From positions 1,132 to 65,131 of the forward strand of contig JBMNPV010000002.1 in assembly GCA_050943775.1 (NCBI GenBank): DNA of 64,000 nucleotides, given 5' to 3'. Source of the DNA: Oscillospiraceae bacterium. Its GTDB lineage: Bacteria > Bacillota > Clostridia > Oscillospirales > Oscillospiraceae. How positions within the stretch are numbered: the stretch's first letter is position 1; each line of letters begins with the position of its first letter. Made by a program: the position numbers and the translations under genes. The notes beneath the pieces are model-generated. The model was given only the letters and a program-made list of their open reading frames with translations. It made no database searches and had not been told where the DNA came from. Of this stretch, positions 42,168-51,899 are shown in pieces.

Positions 42168-43202
42168 TCATGCCGTGATCGCCGTGAACACCATGAGTCC
42201 CGCCGTAATGATCAGATAAACGAGCATCCCCGCGTTTTTCACAGAAACGCCGCGTTCTGCCGGTGGCAGCTGCTTTTCCGTTGGCTGCAGAGCGACCGTT
42301 TTTCGGTGTTCGGCCAAAAACACGATGCCGAGGATAAAGAGCGCAAATACCGTCAGCGCGTACAGGCCAAAGCCGACCAGTTCACCGAGATGGCCCTGCG
42401 CATAGCTGATCTGCTCCTGCACACTGTCCGTTGAAAGCTTCGAGATGGCATCGAGGTCAATATGCTTCAAAATCACTTCCGGCAGAACGCCGCCGAGCAA
42501 ATTCATGCAGGCGTGCAGAAGCATCGTATAGCGGATGCGGCCGGTACGCAGATAAACGTAGGCAAAGAACATACCGACGGCAAAGGCGTAAAAAAACTGA
42601 GAGAGGTTCCCGTGAAACAGGCCGAAGACGAGTCCGGAAACAAGGATCGCGGTCCTCTCGCCATAAACACGGACGCGGTCACACAAAAGCTTGCGGAAAA
42701 CAAGCTCCTCCAGGACCGGAGCGAGTATCGCAACACAGACGAGGTTTGCCCAGATGTTCGAGTCGCGGAGCAGTTCATAGACCGGGTTTTCATAAGCAGT
42801 TCCCTTTGCCGAGGCGATCCCGACATTGAGTGCAACGCCAATTAGATTGCCGATGTACATAATGGCAAAGGCCATCACCAGAAGCTCCGCCAGACGGCTT
42901 ATGGGCAGGCTGTTTTCCGCCGGGCGGACTGCCGGAAGGCGGCGCAAAATGAGCCAGCCGAGCGGCAGCGCGACGCAATACAGCGGCACGATCGACAGCA
43001 GCCAAGTTGTCCATTCCGAAGAAAACAATTCCGGAAAACGCCGGTTTCCAAGTGTATAGAGCAGAATTTGTAATCCGTTTGACGCGGCCAGCATGACCGT
43101 AAAGGCCCAGCCGACGCCGGAAAAGGTCTTCTTCGCCTGTGCTCCGAGGGACTCAGACGGCGTGGGTGTTTCGTTTTGAAAATCGTCCATCTCCATCTCC
43201 AC
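42168..43202 (-). CDS. CPBP-family intramembrane glutamic endopeptidase (CAAX protease / Abi)
   Basis: CPBP motifs EELVFRKLL, FGLFHGN and HACMNLL. The GTG at 43202 abuts the upstream stop. ATG 43190 (MDDFQNE) has GGAG at a better spacing, so the start is uncertain by 12 nt. Confidence 0.85.
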   Translation of the reverse strand: MEMEMDDFQNETPTPSESLGAQAKKTFSGVGWAFTVMLAASNGLQILLYTLGNRRFPELFSSEWTTWLLSIVPLYCVALPLGWLILRRLPAVRPAENSLPISRLAELLVMAFAIMYIGNLIGVALNVGIASAKGTAYENPVYELLRDSNIWANLVCVAILAPVLEELVFRKLLCDRVRVYGERTAILVSGLVFGLFHGNLSQFFYAFAVGMFFAYVYLRTGRIRYTMLLHACMNLLGGVLPEVILKHIDLDAISKLSTDSVQEQISYAQGHLGELVGFGLYALTVFALFILGIVFLAEHRKTVALQPTEKQLPPAERGVSVKNAGMLVYLIITAGLMVFTAITA

Positions 43203-45026
43203 TCATTCGATCACGACGGATTTTGCCGTAAACGTACGGGAACTTGCATAACTGCCATAAGCGGTGATCTGCGCGTTGACCGCAACGTTGGAGAGCGATC
43301 CGGTCGCCCCCGTACTGGCAACGATATAGGAGCTGACCGAAGCTGTGGAAATGTAGACAAGCTTGTTCGCGGGGGTCAGAATGGTGATCTGTTTGGCGCT
43401 CGCGTCCACCTTCAGGACCGAGCCCGTGACCTTCGTTGCGGACGACACGGCAGTCACCTGCCACACATCTGTCACGACGTTGCCGAAAACCGTGAGCTTG
43501 AGCTGGTCGCCGACCCGGATCGCGGAGAGGCTGATCGCGGTCGTACCGCTGTAGACGGCGGCGTCCTCATCAAGGACATAGGTATAGGCCACGCCATCTG
43601 CGGTAATGGTCCAGCTCGTACCGTTGAGCGTGGTATTGATCGCCGTCAGTTCGCCGGTCACTGTTGCCGTGCTGCCCGCAAGCGCGATCGTGGAGACCTT
43701 GCCCGCTTCAAAGCTCAGCGTCACCCGGTCACCCGCGGCGAGCATATCGATGCCGATGTTCTTTGCACCGCGCGTGACGGTCGGCAGCGCGCTGAAATCA
43801 AAGCTGAAGCTGTAATCCGCGCCGTTGTCATCGCAGAGCTTCAGCGAAACGGTCGTGCCAAAGCTCAGCGAAGTAATTGCGCCGGTGACCGAGGGGGTTT
43901 TCGTCAGTGCGGTGACGACGCTCGCCGTTGAATTGACGACCTTGACCGTCACAAAATGATTGACTGCGAGCTTTGAAACGCCAACGGCCACACCGTCGAG
44001 CGTAATGCTCGTTGCCGTGTCGCAGGCACAGGTCTTGACCGTGTTTGAAATCGTATCCTTGAGCGTGATCGCACCGGAGCCTGTTGTTGTGATCGCGGTG
44101 ATCGTGCCCTGATACCAGTTTGTGGTGCTTTCTTTGTCCGCTGCAAGAGTCTTTACCGCGCCGTTTTTGAGCGAGAGGACCGCGTGGCAGCCGATAAGTG
44201 CGCTGCTCAGTGAAACGGGCGTACCGTTGAGCGTAACGTCCGCCGCCGAAGAGATCGCATATTCGCGGGAGAGGCCGTCAAAGCCCGTAAAGGTGAACGA
44301 GGATGTACCAACAGCCGCAACGAGCCCCTCCGCGCGTGTCACGCCGTTATAGGCGGGGATCGTCAGTGTGGTCGTGCCCGCGTCTTTCAGCACATCCAGC
44401 GCGCGGACAGCCATCGTTGCAACAACAGCGCGCGTCACACTTGACTGCGGCGAAACATTTTTGTTCGTGTCGCCCGTGAGAATGCCGAGCTTCGCAAGCT
44501 CTGCCACAGAGCCGACGCAGGACGTTGAAACCTTTGCCGCATCCGCAAAGTCCATGTCCTTGACCGTCAGCTTGGAAGCGGCATCGGTGTAGCCCATTGC
44601 ACGGACAAGAAAGACCGCGAGATTCTCCTTTTTAAGCTCACTTCCCAGATTCAGCGCTTTGAGCTCGTCCTTCGTGAGAATACCGGCTGCCCGGCAGATC
44701 TCGAGGTTCCCGTATGCCCAGGAGTAGCTTGACGGAACCGCTGCCGTGACCTCGGCGGCATAATCATCCGCAATCAGTGCCTTTTCAGTATCGCTGAGTG
44801 TGTACAGACGGGAGAGGAGCACCAGCGTTTCACAGGCTGTGATGTTGTTGTCGGGCTTCATTGTCCCGTCGCTATAGCCGTTGAGGACGCCTTTTTCGGC
44901 AAGGGTCTCAAGATAGGTCTTTGCCCAGTGGTTTTGAATGTCTGTGTAGGTCGCCGCGAAAGCCCCCGCCGAAAGGCTCAGCGCCAGCGCGAGGACGAGG
45001 GCCAGAGACAACATGCGTTTTTTCAT
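43203..45026 (-). CDS. secreted SLH-domain cell-wall protein with a repetitive beta-rich C-terminal region
   Basis: 607 aa. Signal peptide MKKRMLSLALVLALALSLSAGAFA. Three SLH-like repeats (FTDI/W..Y...L...G...GY type) in residues ~25-200. These are followed by at least four ~65-75-aa repeats beginning (V/I)TG. RBS GGAGGAA. Confidence 0.85.
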   Translation of the reverse strand: MKKRMLSLALVLALALSLSAGAFAATYTDIQNHWAKTYLETLAEKGVLNGYSDGTMKPDNNITACETLVLLSRLYTLSDTEKALIADDYAAEVTAAVPSSYSWAYGNLEICRAAGILTKDELKALNLGSELKKENLAVFLVRAMGYTDAASKLTVKDMDFADAAKVSTSCVGSVAELAKLGILTGDTNKNVSPQSSVTRAVVATMAVRALDVLKDAGTTTLTIPAYNGVTRAEGLVAAVGTSSFTFTGFDGLSREYAISSAADVTLNGTPVSLSSALIGCHAVLSLKNGAVKTLAADKESTTNWYQGTITAITTTGSGAITLKDTISNTVKTCACDTATSITLDGVAVGVSKLAVNHFVTVKVVNSTASVVTALTKTPSVTGAITSLSFGTTVSLKLCDDNGADYSFSFDFSALPTVTRGAKNIGIDMLAAGDRVTLSFEAGKVSTIALAGSTATVTGELTAINTTLNGTSWTITADGVAYTYVLDEDAAVYSGTTAISLSAIRVGDQLKLTVFGNVVTDVWQVTAVSSATKVTGSVLKVDASAKQITILTPANKLVYISTASVSSYIVASTGATGSLSNVAVNAQITAYGSYASSRTFTAKSVVIE

Positions 45027-45204
45027 GGTGTATTCCTCCGTATTTTTGTTGCGGCTTTTTTCGCCGTTGTGTGCTCTGTTCGCATTATATTCGATTTCAT
45101 AAACTTAGTAAATAGTTATGGAAACGAAATCTCCTTATTTGACGGTATTAGCGAAGATTTGTTTCCATTATCACAAGATATTGCGTTCACGCAGAAGCTT
45201 GCTA

Positions 45205-45232
45205 TTGACAGATCTGTTTAATTCATTATAAT
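45205..45232 (+). promoter_or_regulatory. sigma-70-type promoter of the hyp-secD-secF operon (TTGACA-N16-TATAAT)
   Basis: TTGACA 45205..45210, 16-nt spacer, TATAAT 45227..45232. Confidence 0.65.
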
Positions 45233-45277
45233 ATAAACGTATTTTTGTGCCACGGGCGGGAGAGGAAGTGATTGGAA

Positions 45278-45676
45278 ATGGCAAAGACAGCTTCGTCGGC
45301 AAAGCCGATTTCGCTGCTTTTGATCGCCGCGCTGCTTCTTCTGAACTTTGCGGTCGTTTCGCTTCGTGTTTCGGTCCCGTCCACTTCCGGCGGGGCGCGG
45401 CCCGCATCTGACGGAGCACCCGTTTCGACGCTGAGCTATCTCATGCATGATCTGCATGACTCTCAAGACCCGGAGACCACCGCTTGCCGCTATGCTTTCC
45501 GACAGGTCATCCGCTCGGGCGATCCTCCGCCGGCACTGCTGACGCTCTCCGGCATCCTGCCGGTCGCTTCGGTCGTCTGCGCGCTCTCCTGCGGCGGACA
45601 AGCTCCCGACCGCTATGTTCCACGCATGGCCGAGCGGATCGCAGCGTTCCTGCATGATTTGGCAGCCGCGCTGTAA
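45278..45676 (+). CDS. hypothetical protein with an N-terminal transmembrane anchor
   Basis: ATG 45278 (MAKTASSAKPISLLLIAALLLLNFAVV...) is 9 nt after AGAGGAAG. Third codon positions are strongly G/C-biased like neighbouring genes. The competing 155-aa minus-strand ORF looks like a shadow. I recognise no family. Confidence 0.5.
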   Translation: MAKTASSAKPISLLLIAALLLLNFAVVSLRVSVPSTSGGARPASDGAPVSTLSYLMHDLHDSQDPETTACRYAFRQVIRSGDPPPALLTLSGILPVASVVCALSCGGQAPDRYVPRMAERIAAFLHDLAAAL

Positions 45677-45733
45677 CATCCTCATCCCTGCACATCAAAT
45701 CACCCATATTATCGGGAAATTGGAGGAATACGA

Positions 45734-47005
45734 TTGAAATCGAATTCAAAAGCAACGTTTTGGATCGTGCTTGCCATCACGATTGCACTGCTTTTCCTGG
45801 CGCTTTACGGTCTGCATCTCGGCAGTCTGAACATCAAGGGCGCCAATGAAATGCGTTTCGGCATCGACATCCGTGGCGGCGTTGCCGCTACATACACGCC
45901 GAAGGACAATGGCGGAACGCTGCCCTCTTCCGAGAATCTGGAAAAGGCAAAAACCATCATTGAGACTCGTATGGACGCGAAGAACATTACCGACCGCGAA
46001 GTGACGGTCGACCCTGTACACGGCAGCGTCATCGTTCGCTTCCCCTGGAAGTCTGACGACACGAACTTTGATCCGCAGGCGGCGATCAAGGAACTCGGTG
46101 AAACCGCACTGCTCACCTTTAGGGACCCGGACGGTAATGTCGTTCTTCAAGGTTCGGACATTAAGAAGTCTTACGCTTCCACAAACCAGCAGGACGGCAG
46201 CTTTGTCGTCAACCTCGAAATGACGGAAACCGGCGCGGAAAAGTTTTCGGAGGCGACCGGCAGGCTCAAGGGACAGAAAATTTCCATCTACATGGACGAC
46301 CAGATGATCTCCGACCCGACCGTTGAAAACCAGATCACGGACGGCAACGCCATCATCACGAATCAGAAGAGCATGGCCGTCGCCAAGGCGCTCGCTGAGA
46401 AGATCAACGCCGGTTCCCTTCCGTTTGCCATGGAAGCAAACGACGCGCAGATCATCAGTCCGACCCTCGGCCGCGACGCGCTGAACGTCATGGTGCAAGC
46501 CGGCGTGCTTGCATTCATTCTCGTCTGCGTCTTTATGCTTCTCTACTACCGTCTGCCCGGCTTCGTCGCCTGCATTGCTCTGACGCTGCAGGTCGTCGGT
46601 CAGCTTCTCGCGCTCTCCATTCCGCAGTTTACGCTGACGCTCCCCGGCATCGCGGGTATCATCCTCTCCATGGGCATGGGCGTTGACGCAAACGTTATCA
46701 TCGCCGAGCGTATCAAGGAGGAACTCAACGCCGGTAAGACGCTCCGTTCTTCCATCAGTCTTGGATTTGACCGCGCTTTCACCGCCGTCTTCGACGGCAA
46801 CGTCACCACGCTGATCGTCGCGATCGTTCTCATGCTTCTCGGCTCCGGTTCGCTGCTATCCTTCGGTTACACGCTGCTCTGCGGCGTTCTGATGAACTTC
46901 ATCTCCGGAGTCACCGCATCCCGTTTGATGACAAGTTCCCTCAGCGAATATAAGGCGCTCCAGAAACCCTGGTATTACGGCGCAAGGAGGTTGAAAGCAG
47001 CATGA
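45734..47005 (+). CDS. secD: protein translocase subunit SecD
   Basis: 423 aa with a TTG start 7 nt after GGAGG. It has an N-terminal TM, a periplasmic domain and a C-terminal 5-TM SecD/F core. Confidence 0.9.
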   Translation: MKSNSKATFWIVLAITIALLFLALYGLHLGSLNIKGANEMRFGIDIRGGVAATYTPKDNGGTLPSSENLEKAKTIIETRMDAKNITDREVTVDPVHGSVIVRFPWKSDDTNFDPQAAIKELGETALLTFRDPDGNVVLQGSDIKKSYASTNQQDGSFVVNLEMTETGAEKFSEATGRLKGQKISIYMDDQMISDPTVENQITDGNAIITNQKSMAVAKALAEKINAGSLPFAMEANDAQIISPTLGRDALNVMVQAGVLAFILVCVFMLLYYRLPGFVACIALTLQVVGQLLALSIPQFTLTLPGIAGIILSMGMGVDANVIIAERIKEELNAGKTLRSSISLGFDRAFTAVFDGNVTTLIVAIVLMLLGSGSLLSFGYTLLCGVLMNFISGVTASRLMTSSLSEYKALQKPWYYGARRLKAA

Positions 47006-48063
47006 GCAAGAATAAAAAGAACAAGAAGGCTCCGGCTCCCAAGGCGCCGACTCCCCCGAAATCTGCGGTCCCGGCAAAGCCGACAATAGCCGAGGCTGCC
47101 ATGGCCGGAAACATCGAAACCAGTACCGGTGAACACAAGGTCATTCACTTCTATGCAAAGAGATATATCTTCTTTGCAATTTCCCTCGCCTTTATCGCCT
47201 GCGGCATCATCTCCGCCTGTGTCAACGGCATCAAGCTCGACATCAGTTTTCAGGGCGGTTCCATCATCGAATACACCTTTATGGGCGATCTCGATCTCAC
47301 CAAAGCGCAGGAAGTCGCGGGTAAGGCGCTCGGAAAGAGTGTTTCCTGCCAGGAACAGACGTCCGTCGCGCATGAGGAGCATTACCTCGTTATCAACGTT
47401 GCGGGGAATGAATCCGTTACGCAGGAAGAGCAGCAGGCCGTCACTGCGGCACTTAAAGAGGCTTTCCCGGACTCCTCACTGACTTTCTTCACCTCGCAGT
47501 CCGTTGAGCCTTTCACAGGAAAGCGCTTCTTCCGCGAGGGACTGACGGCAATCCTCATCTCCTTCGGTTTGATTCTCATCTATGTCGGCATCCGCTTCCA
47601 GAAGATCGGCGGTTTCTCCGCAGGTGCGATGGCGATCGTCGCACTGCTGCACGACGCTTTCATTGTGACCTCGGTCTTCTTTATCTTCCAGATTCCGCTC
47701 AACGACTCCTTCATAGCGGCAGTCTTGACGATCATCGGCTTCTCCATCAACGATACCATCGTCATCTACGACCGTATCCGCGAAAACAAAACGCTCATGG
47801 GGCCAAAGACGCCGACAGAAGTGCTGGTTGACGCCAGTATCACACAGTGCATGTCCCGTTCGATCAACACAAACATCTCCGTCTTTCTCAGTATCACCAT
47901 TGCCTTTATCTTTGCACAGATCTACAACATCGATACCATTAAGGATTTCGCTCTGCCGATGATGTTCGGTACAGTCTCCGGCTGCTACTCCACCATCTGC
48001 ATCGCGGGCCCCCTGTGGACGATGTACAAAAATCATCAGGCCAAAAAAGCGCTCAACGCCTAA
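47002..48063 (+). CDS. secF: protein translocase subunit SecF (with a Lys/Pro/Ala-rich N-terminal extension)
   Basis: 353 aa. It overlaps secD by 4 nt and has a SecF-type core (INDTIVIYDRIRE). Confidence 0.9.
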   Translation: MSKNKKNKKAPAPKAPTPPKSAVPAKPTIAEAAMAGNIETSTGEHKVIHFYAKRYIFFAISLAFIACGIISACVNGIKLDISFQGGSIIEYTFMGDLDLTKAQEVAGKALGKSVSCQEQTSVAHEEHYLVINVAGNESVTQEEQQAVTAALKEAFPDSSLTFFTSQSVEPFTGKRFFREGLTAILISFGLILIYVGIRFQKIGGFSAGAMAIVALLHDAFIVTSVFFIFQIPLNDSFIAAVLTIIGFSINDTIVIYDRIRENKTLMGPKTPTEVLVDASITQCMSRSINTNISVFLSITIAFIFAQIYNIDTIKDFALPMMFGTVSGCYSTICIAGPLWTMYKNHQAKKALNA

Positions 48064-48080
48064 CGTCTGATGGCAGCAAA

Positions 48081-48109
48081 AAGGCCCGGCAGCAATGCTG
48101 CCGGGCCTT
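48081..48109. terminator. bidirectional terminator between the convergent secF and REC-EAL genes
   Basis: Perfect 13-bp stem aaggcccggcagc / gctgccgggcctt with loop aat, followed by a T-rich tract. Confidence 0.9.
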
Positions 48110-48121
48110 TTCTTTTCGTTT

Positions 48122-50689
48122 TCATTTGTTGCAGCGCAGCTGTTCAGCCTTGTTGTCGAGCCAACGCAGTTCGCTATCCGAGACATTCTTCACGCGGCGA
48201 AGCAGCAGCTCCGGTATAAACGGCTTTGTGACGTAGTCATTCGCGCCGAGTTTGAGCGCTTCGATCTGCTCTTCCTTGCGAGCATCGTCCGAAATAACAA
48301 CGACGGGAATATCCGCAATGCTCGGGTCGCGCTTCTTTGCGATCAGAAAGCCCTTACCGTCCAGTACCGGCATGATCATATCCAACAGGACGACCGCGAT
48401 ATCCTCCCGGTTGGCTCGGAGCAGGTCCAGCGCTTTCTCGCCGTTTTCGGTCTGCAAAACCGTGTACTGTGACTCGAAGATATTATTGAGGATCATTCGG
48501 CTCACAGCGGAATCATCTGCAACCAGTATCTTTGTGCGCTGCTTTTTGACACTGTTGCGTTTGAAATTCAGCAGTTCACATTCGAGCCGCTTCGACTCTG
48601 TCACATCTGCAAATGTTGCAAACAGGACATGACTGCCGGAAACGCTCTTGATGTATTGAAAGTTTACGTGGATCCAGAGTGTCGCTTGATTTTCGGGATA
48701 CCACTGGTATTCGCACTGCACTGTGCTCTGCTCATTCACTGCCCTGTCGAGCGCCGCCTTGACGCGGTCTTTCTCCTCGGCAGACATGTGCTTGCCGGGC
48801 TTTCCGTTTGCAGTTTCGATCGCGGCCTCAAAGCCGAAAAGCTCAATGAACGCCTTATTGAAGCGCAGCGGCGTACAGACGCCATCCGCATACTCATAGA
48901 TCGCGATGGGCTGCATAATGTTTTTGAATATCTGCTCGGCATTGGGGCTGGCAGACCAGATCGAGTCAAGCTTTGCGGATTTTGGCTCATTTTTTACTAG
49001 CGTGTTGCTGCCTTCGCTGCCGGCGCGAACGATCTTTTCATAGTCCTCCATGGGCATCGGCCGGGCAAACAGGAAGCCTTGCACATATTCAACGCCGATG
49101 CTCTCCAGAAAATCGCGCTGCTCCGTTGTCTCAACGCCCTCGACGATCACGGGCAGATCGAGCCAGCCTGCCATTCGGATGACGGACGAGAGGATGCGCT
49201 CGCTGCGGCTGTCCCCATCGCCCGTCGGTACAAACTTCGTGTCGATCTTGAGGATGTCCACATCGATATCCTTGAGGGTGTTGAGCGAGGAATAGCCGCT
49301 GCCGAAGTCATCCATCAGGATAACGAAGCCGCGTTTTTTCAGCTCGGTCACGGTTTTTTTCATCCGATTTGGGTTGTCCATATAGGCGGACTCGGTGATC
49401 TCAAGGTTGAAAAGTGCGGACGGGATGTCATATCTATTGACGAGCTCCGAGATGATATCGACCAGATGCGGGTTATACATGTTCGCACGGGAAACGTTCA
49501 CCGAAACCGGGTCGGGCTTTAGTCCTGCGTCGATCCAACGGCGCAGATGCTGGCAGACCTTTTCCCACATATAGTAATCGAGCTTTCCGATAAAGCCGTT
49601 GCGTTCGAAGACAGGGATAAACTGGCCCGGGAACATCAGACCGTTTTTGGGGTGGAGCCAGCGGACAAGCGCCTCCGCCCCGCAGGGCATCCCGGTCCGA
49701 AGAACATACTTCGGCTGATAATAAACGGCAAATTCCTCATTGTCCAGCGCTACCTGCATCTCGTTGATGATGCGCTGCTCCATGATGTGGCGGTCCGTCA
49801 TGCTCTGGTCATAATATTCGATATAGGTCATGTACTTGTTTTTGCATTTTTTTGATGCCATAGACGCGCGGCCATAGGCCGTTTCTATCGAGATTGACGG
49901 GTCCGTGATAACATAAACGCCAAAGGTCGGCTCTATGTAGTAATTGTAGTTGTATTCTGTCAGACGGCGCTTTGCCTCCTTTGCAAGCCATTCCAGATTG
50001 ACGTCACCGTTCGGAAGACAGAAGCTGAAAACGTCCGATTCGATCTTGCCATAGGTGCAAAGGCGGACCGTCTTCGCGGCCTTGGAAATCGCAGACGCTA
50101 CATATTTCAGAAGGCGGTTTCCCTCTTCTTCGCCAAAAAAGTCGTTGATGAGGTGAAAGCGTTCGATATCGAAACGCACAAAAACAAATTCGATCCCCGG
50201 ATTGTTGTCGATCATGCGGCGCGTTTCAGTGAAGAATTTTCTGCGGTTATACAGGCCGGTGAGCTGGTCATGCTCAGCGAGGAATTTGAGCTGCTCGAGA
50301 ACATTGAGCCGGCTGCGGTTGATGATGCTGCCGATTCGGAGCTTCACAGTGGCTTCATTGAAAGGCTTGCGGATAAAGTCCCATGCGCCAAGCTCGAAGC
50401 ATCTCTTTTCTCCGTCGCGATCCTCATCGGAGGAGATGACGAGCACCGGAATATCCGCATATCTCGTCTCCTGCCGCATCTGGCGCAGAAATTCGTATCC
50501 GTCCATTACCGGCATCAAAAGATCCAGCAAAACACACGCAATCTCGTTGCTTCTCCTTGCGAGTATCTCCAGACCACTTGCGCCGTTTTCGGCCTCAACG
50601 GTTTTGTATGCGTCCGAAAGCAGTTGGGAAAGCACCGTTCTATTCAATGCATCATCGTCGATGATGAGGATCGTGTTCTTTGAAAGCAT
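48122..50689 (-). CDS. response-regulator-type c-di-GMP phosphodiesterase: REC, degenerate GGDEF, EAL, PAS-like, second REC
   Basis: 855 aa. N-terminal REC (ILIIDDD...LLDLLMPVMDG). GGDEF-like domain whose signature position reads KIESDVF. EAL domain (QPKY, GAEALVRW, DDFGSGYSS, EGVET). C-terminal REC (ILVADDS...LLDMIMPVLDG...KP). Confidence 0.85.
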   Translation of the reverse strand: MLSKNTILIIDDDALNRTVLSQLLSDAYKTVEAENGASGLEILARRSNEIACVLLDLLMPVMDGYEFLRQMRQETRYADIPVLVISSDEDRDGEKRCFELGAWDFIRKPFNEATVKLRIGSIINRSRLNVLEQLKFLAEHDQLTGLYNRRKFFTETRRMIDNNPGIEFVFVRFDIERFHLINDFFGEEEGNRLLKYVASAISKAAKTVRLCTYGKIESDVFSFCLPNGDVNLEWLAKEAKRRLTEYNYNYYIEPTFGVYVITDPSISIETAYGRASMASKKCKNKYMTYIEYYDQSMTDRHIMEQRIINEMQVALDNEEFAVYYQPKYVLRTGMPCGAEALVRWLHPKNGLMFPGQFIPVFERNGFIGKLDYYMWEKVCQHLRRWIDAGLKPDPVSVNVSRANMYNPHLVDIISELVNRYDIPSALFNLEITESAYMDNPNRMKKTVTELKKRGFVILMDDFGSGYSSLNTLKDIDVDILKIDTKFVPTGDGDSRSERILSSVIRMAGWLDLPVIVEGVETTEQRDFLESIGVEYVQGFLFARPMPMEDYEKIVRAGSEGSNTLVKNEPKSAKLDSIWSASPNAEQIFKNIMQPIAIYEYADGVCTPLRFNKAFIELFGFEAAIETANGKPGKHMSAEEKDRVKAALDRAVNEQSTVQCEYQWYPENQATLWIHVNFQYIKSVSGSHVLFATFADVTESKRLECELLNFKRNSVKKQRTKILVADDSAVSRMILNNIFESQYTVLQTENGEKALDLLRANREDIAVVLLDMIMPVLDGKGFLIAKKRDPSIADIPVVVISDDARKEEQIEALKLGANDYVTKPFIPELLLRRVKNVSDSELRWLDNKAEQLRCNK

Positions 50690-50954
50690 CGTATTTCACC
50701 TCTGGACAGAGCCGAATGAAATTCTTTTGACCGGCTCAACTCCACCCTGCTCAGCTATGTTTTTATCGCGCCGAGGACGCACTTAGAACCTCTGGAAAGC
50801 ATGCGATACATTGGCATCATTGGATAAAAACACATTACTGTTCTTTTCTAATATACAACCAAATGTAGCAGATAGCAACAAGTAAAATCGGATGCATCAG
50901 CATTTTTAACCTATTTTTTCACCTCAGCATGACAATTTCGGTGATTTTGCACAT

Positions 50955-51866
50955 TCATTCATTGAGACTTGCGGCGATTTTCCGAAGGTTGTCATCCATA
51001 CGCACAAGGTACGATTTTCCATCCTCCGCGCTCTCGATCGTATAGATCGTCTCTATGCGCGCACCTACCTCAGAGGCAAGCGTTGCAGAAACCTCCTGGC
51101 TGGCGGCCTGTTCCGCAAAAACAGTTTTTACGCCGTTTTCACGGCAGTAGTCGATCAGAGCGACAAGTCTGCGCGCACTTGGCTCTCCGTTCGCGAAAAC
51201 ATCTTCAACGCTCTGCTGTTCAATCGAAAAATCCCGGCAGAGATATGCAAAAGCGGCGTGACCGGTCACGAAGTCCTTTTTGGGGGCGGCATCGAATATC
51301 GGTTTATATTGTTCAAAGAGAGCTTCGAGCTTCTGGATATAGGCTTCGGCGTTCTGCCGATAATACTCGGCGTTTTCCGGGTCCGCCTTGACAAAGCCGT
51401 CCGCGATGTTTTCGACCTGCTTTTCCGCGCACTTGAGACTCAGCCATGTATGCGGATCGGCGCGCCCATTCTCCTTCTCGTCCACCGCGTCGATCGTATC
51501 GATCCCTTCCGATGCGTTGACCGAAACAAGGGCGGCGTTTCCGGACGCTTCGGCGGCTTCCTGTGCCCATGCTTCCAGATCAAGTCCGTTATAGATAAAC
51601 AGCTGCGCCTTGTTAAGCACGCGGATATCCTGCGCCTTGGGTTCAAAATCATGGGGCTCCATACCGTCCGGAACGATCGTTGAGACCACAGCCTTATCGC
51701 CCCCGACCGCCCGTGCAAATTCTGCCGGTGCGTCAAAGGAGGCGGAAACGATGAGCTTGCCTGCAGTATCCGGTGAAGCGCTTTCTTTCGTATCCGCTGC
51801 ACAGCCGGAAAAGGAAAGGAACAGGCCGAGGCAGACTGCCAGGGCCGCAAGTTTAGTTTTTCGCAT
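50955..51866 (-). CDS. metal (Zn/Mn) ABC transporter substrate-binding lipoprotein, ZnuA/TroA family
   Basis: Start placed at MRKTKLAALAVCLGLFLSFSGCA (ATG 51866, lipobox) with GGAGGG upstream. Metal-ligand regions EPHDFEP, DPHTWLS and GHAAFAYL. Confidence 0.85.
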   Translation of the reverse strand: MRKTKLAALAVCLGLFLSFSGCAADTKESASPDTAGKLIVSASFDAPAEFARAVGGDKAVVSTIVPDGMEPHDFEPKAQDIRVLNKAQLFIYNGLDLEAWAQEAAEASGNAALVSVNASEGIDTIDAVDEKENGRADPHTWLSLKCAEKQVENIADGFVKADPENAEYYRQNAEAYIQKLEALFEQYKPIFDAAPKKDFVTGHAAFAYLCRDFSIEQQSVEDVFANGEPSARRLVALIDYCRENGVKTVFAEQAASQEVSATLASEVGARIETIYTIESAEDGKSYLVRMDDNLRKIAASLNE

Positions 51867-51899
51867 TTTACCCTCCAAAATTGGAACTTTATTTGTATG

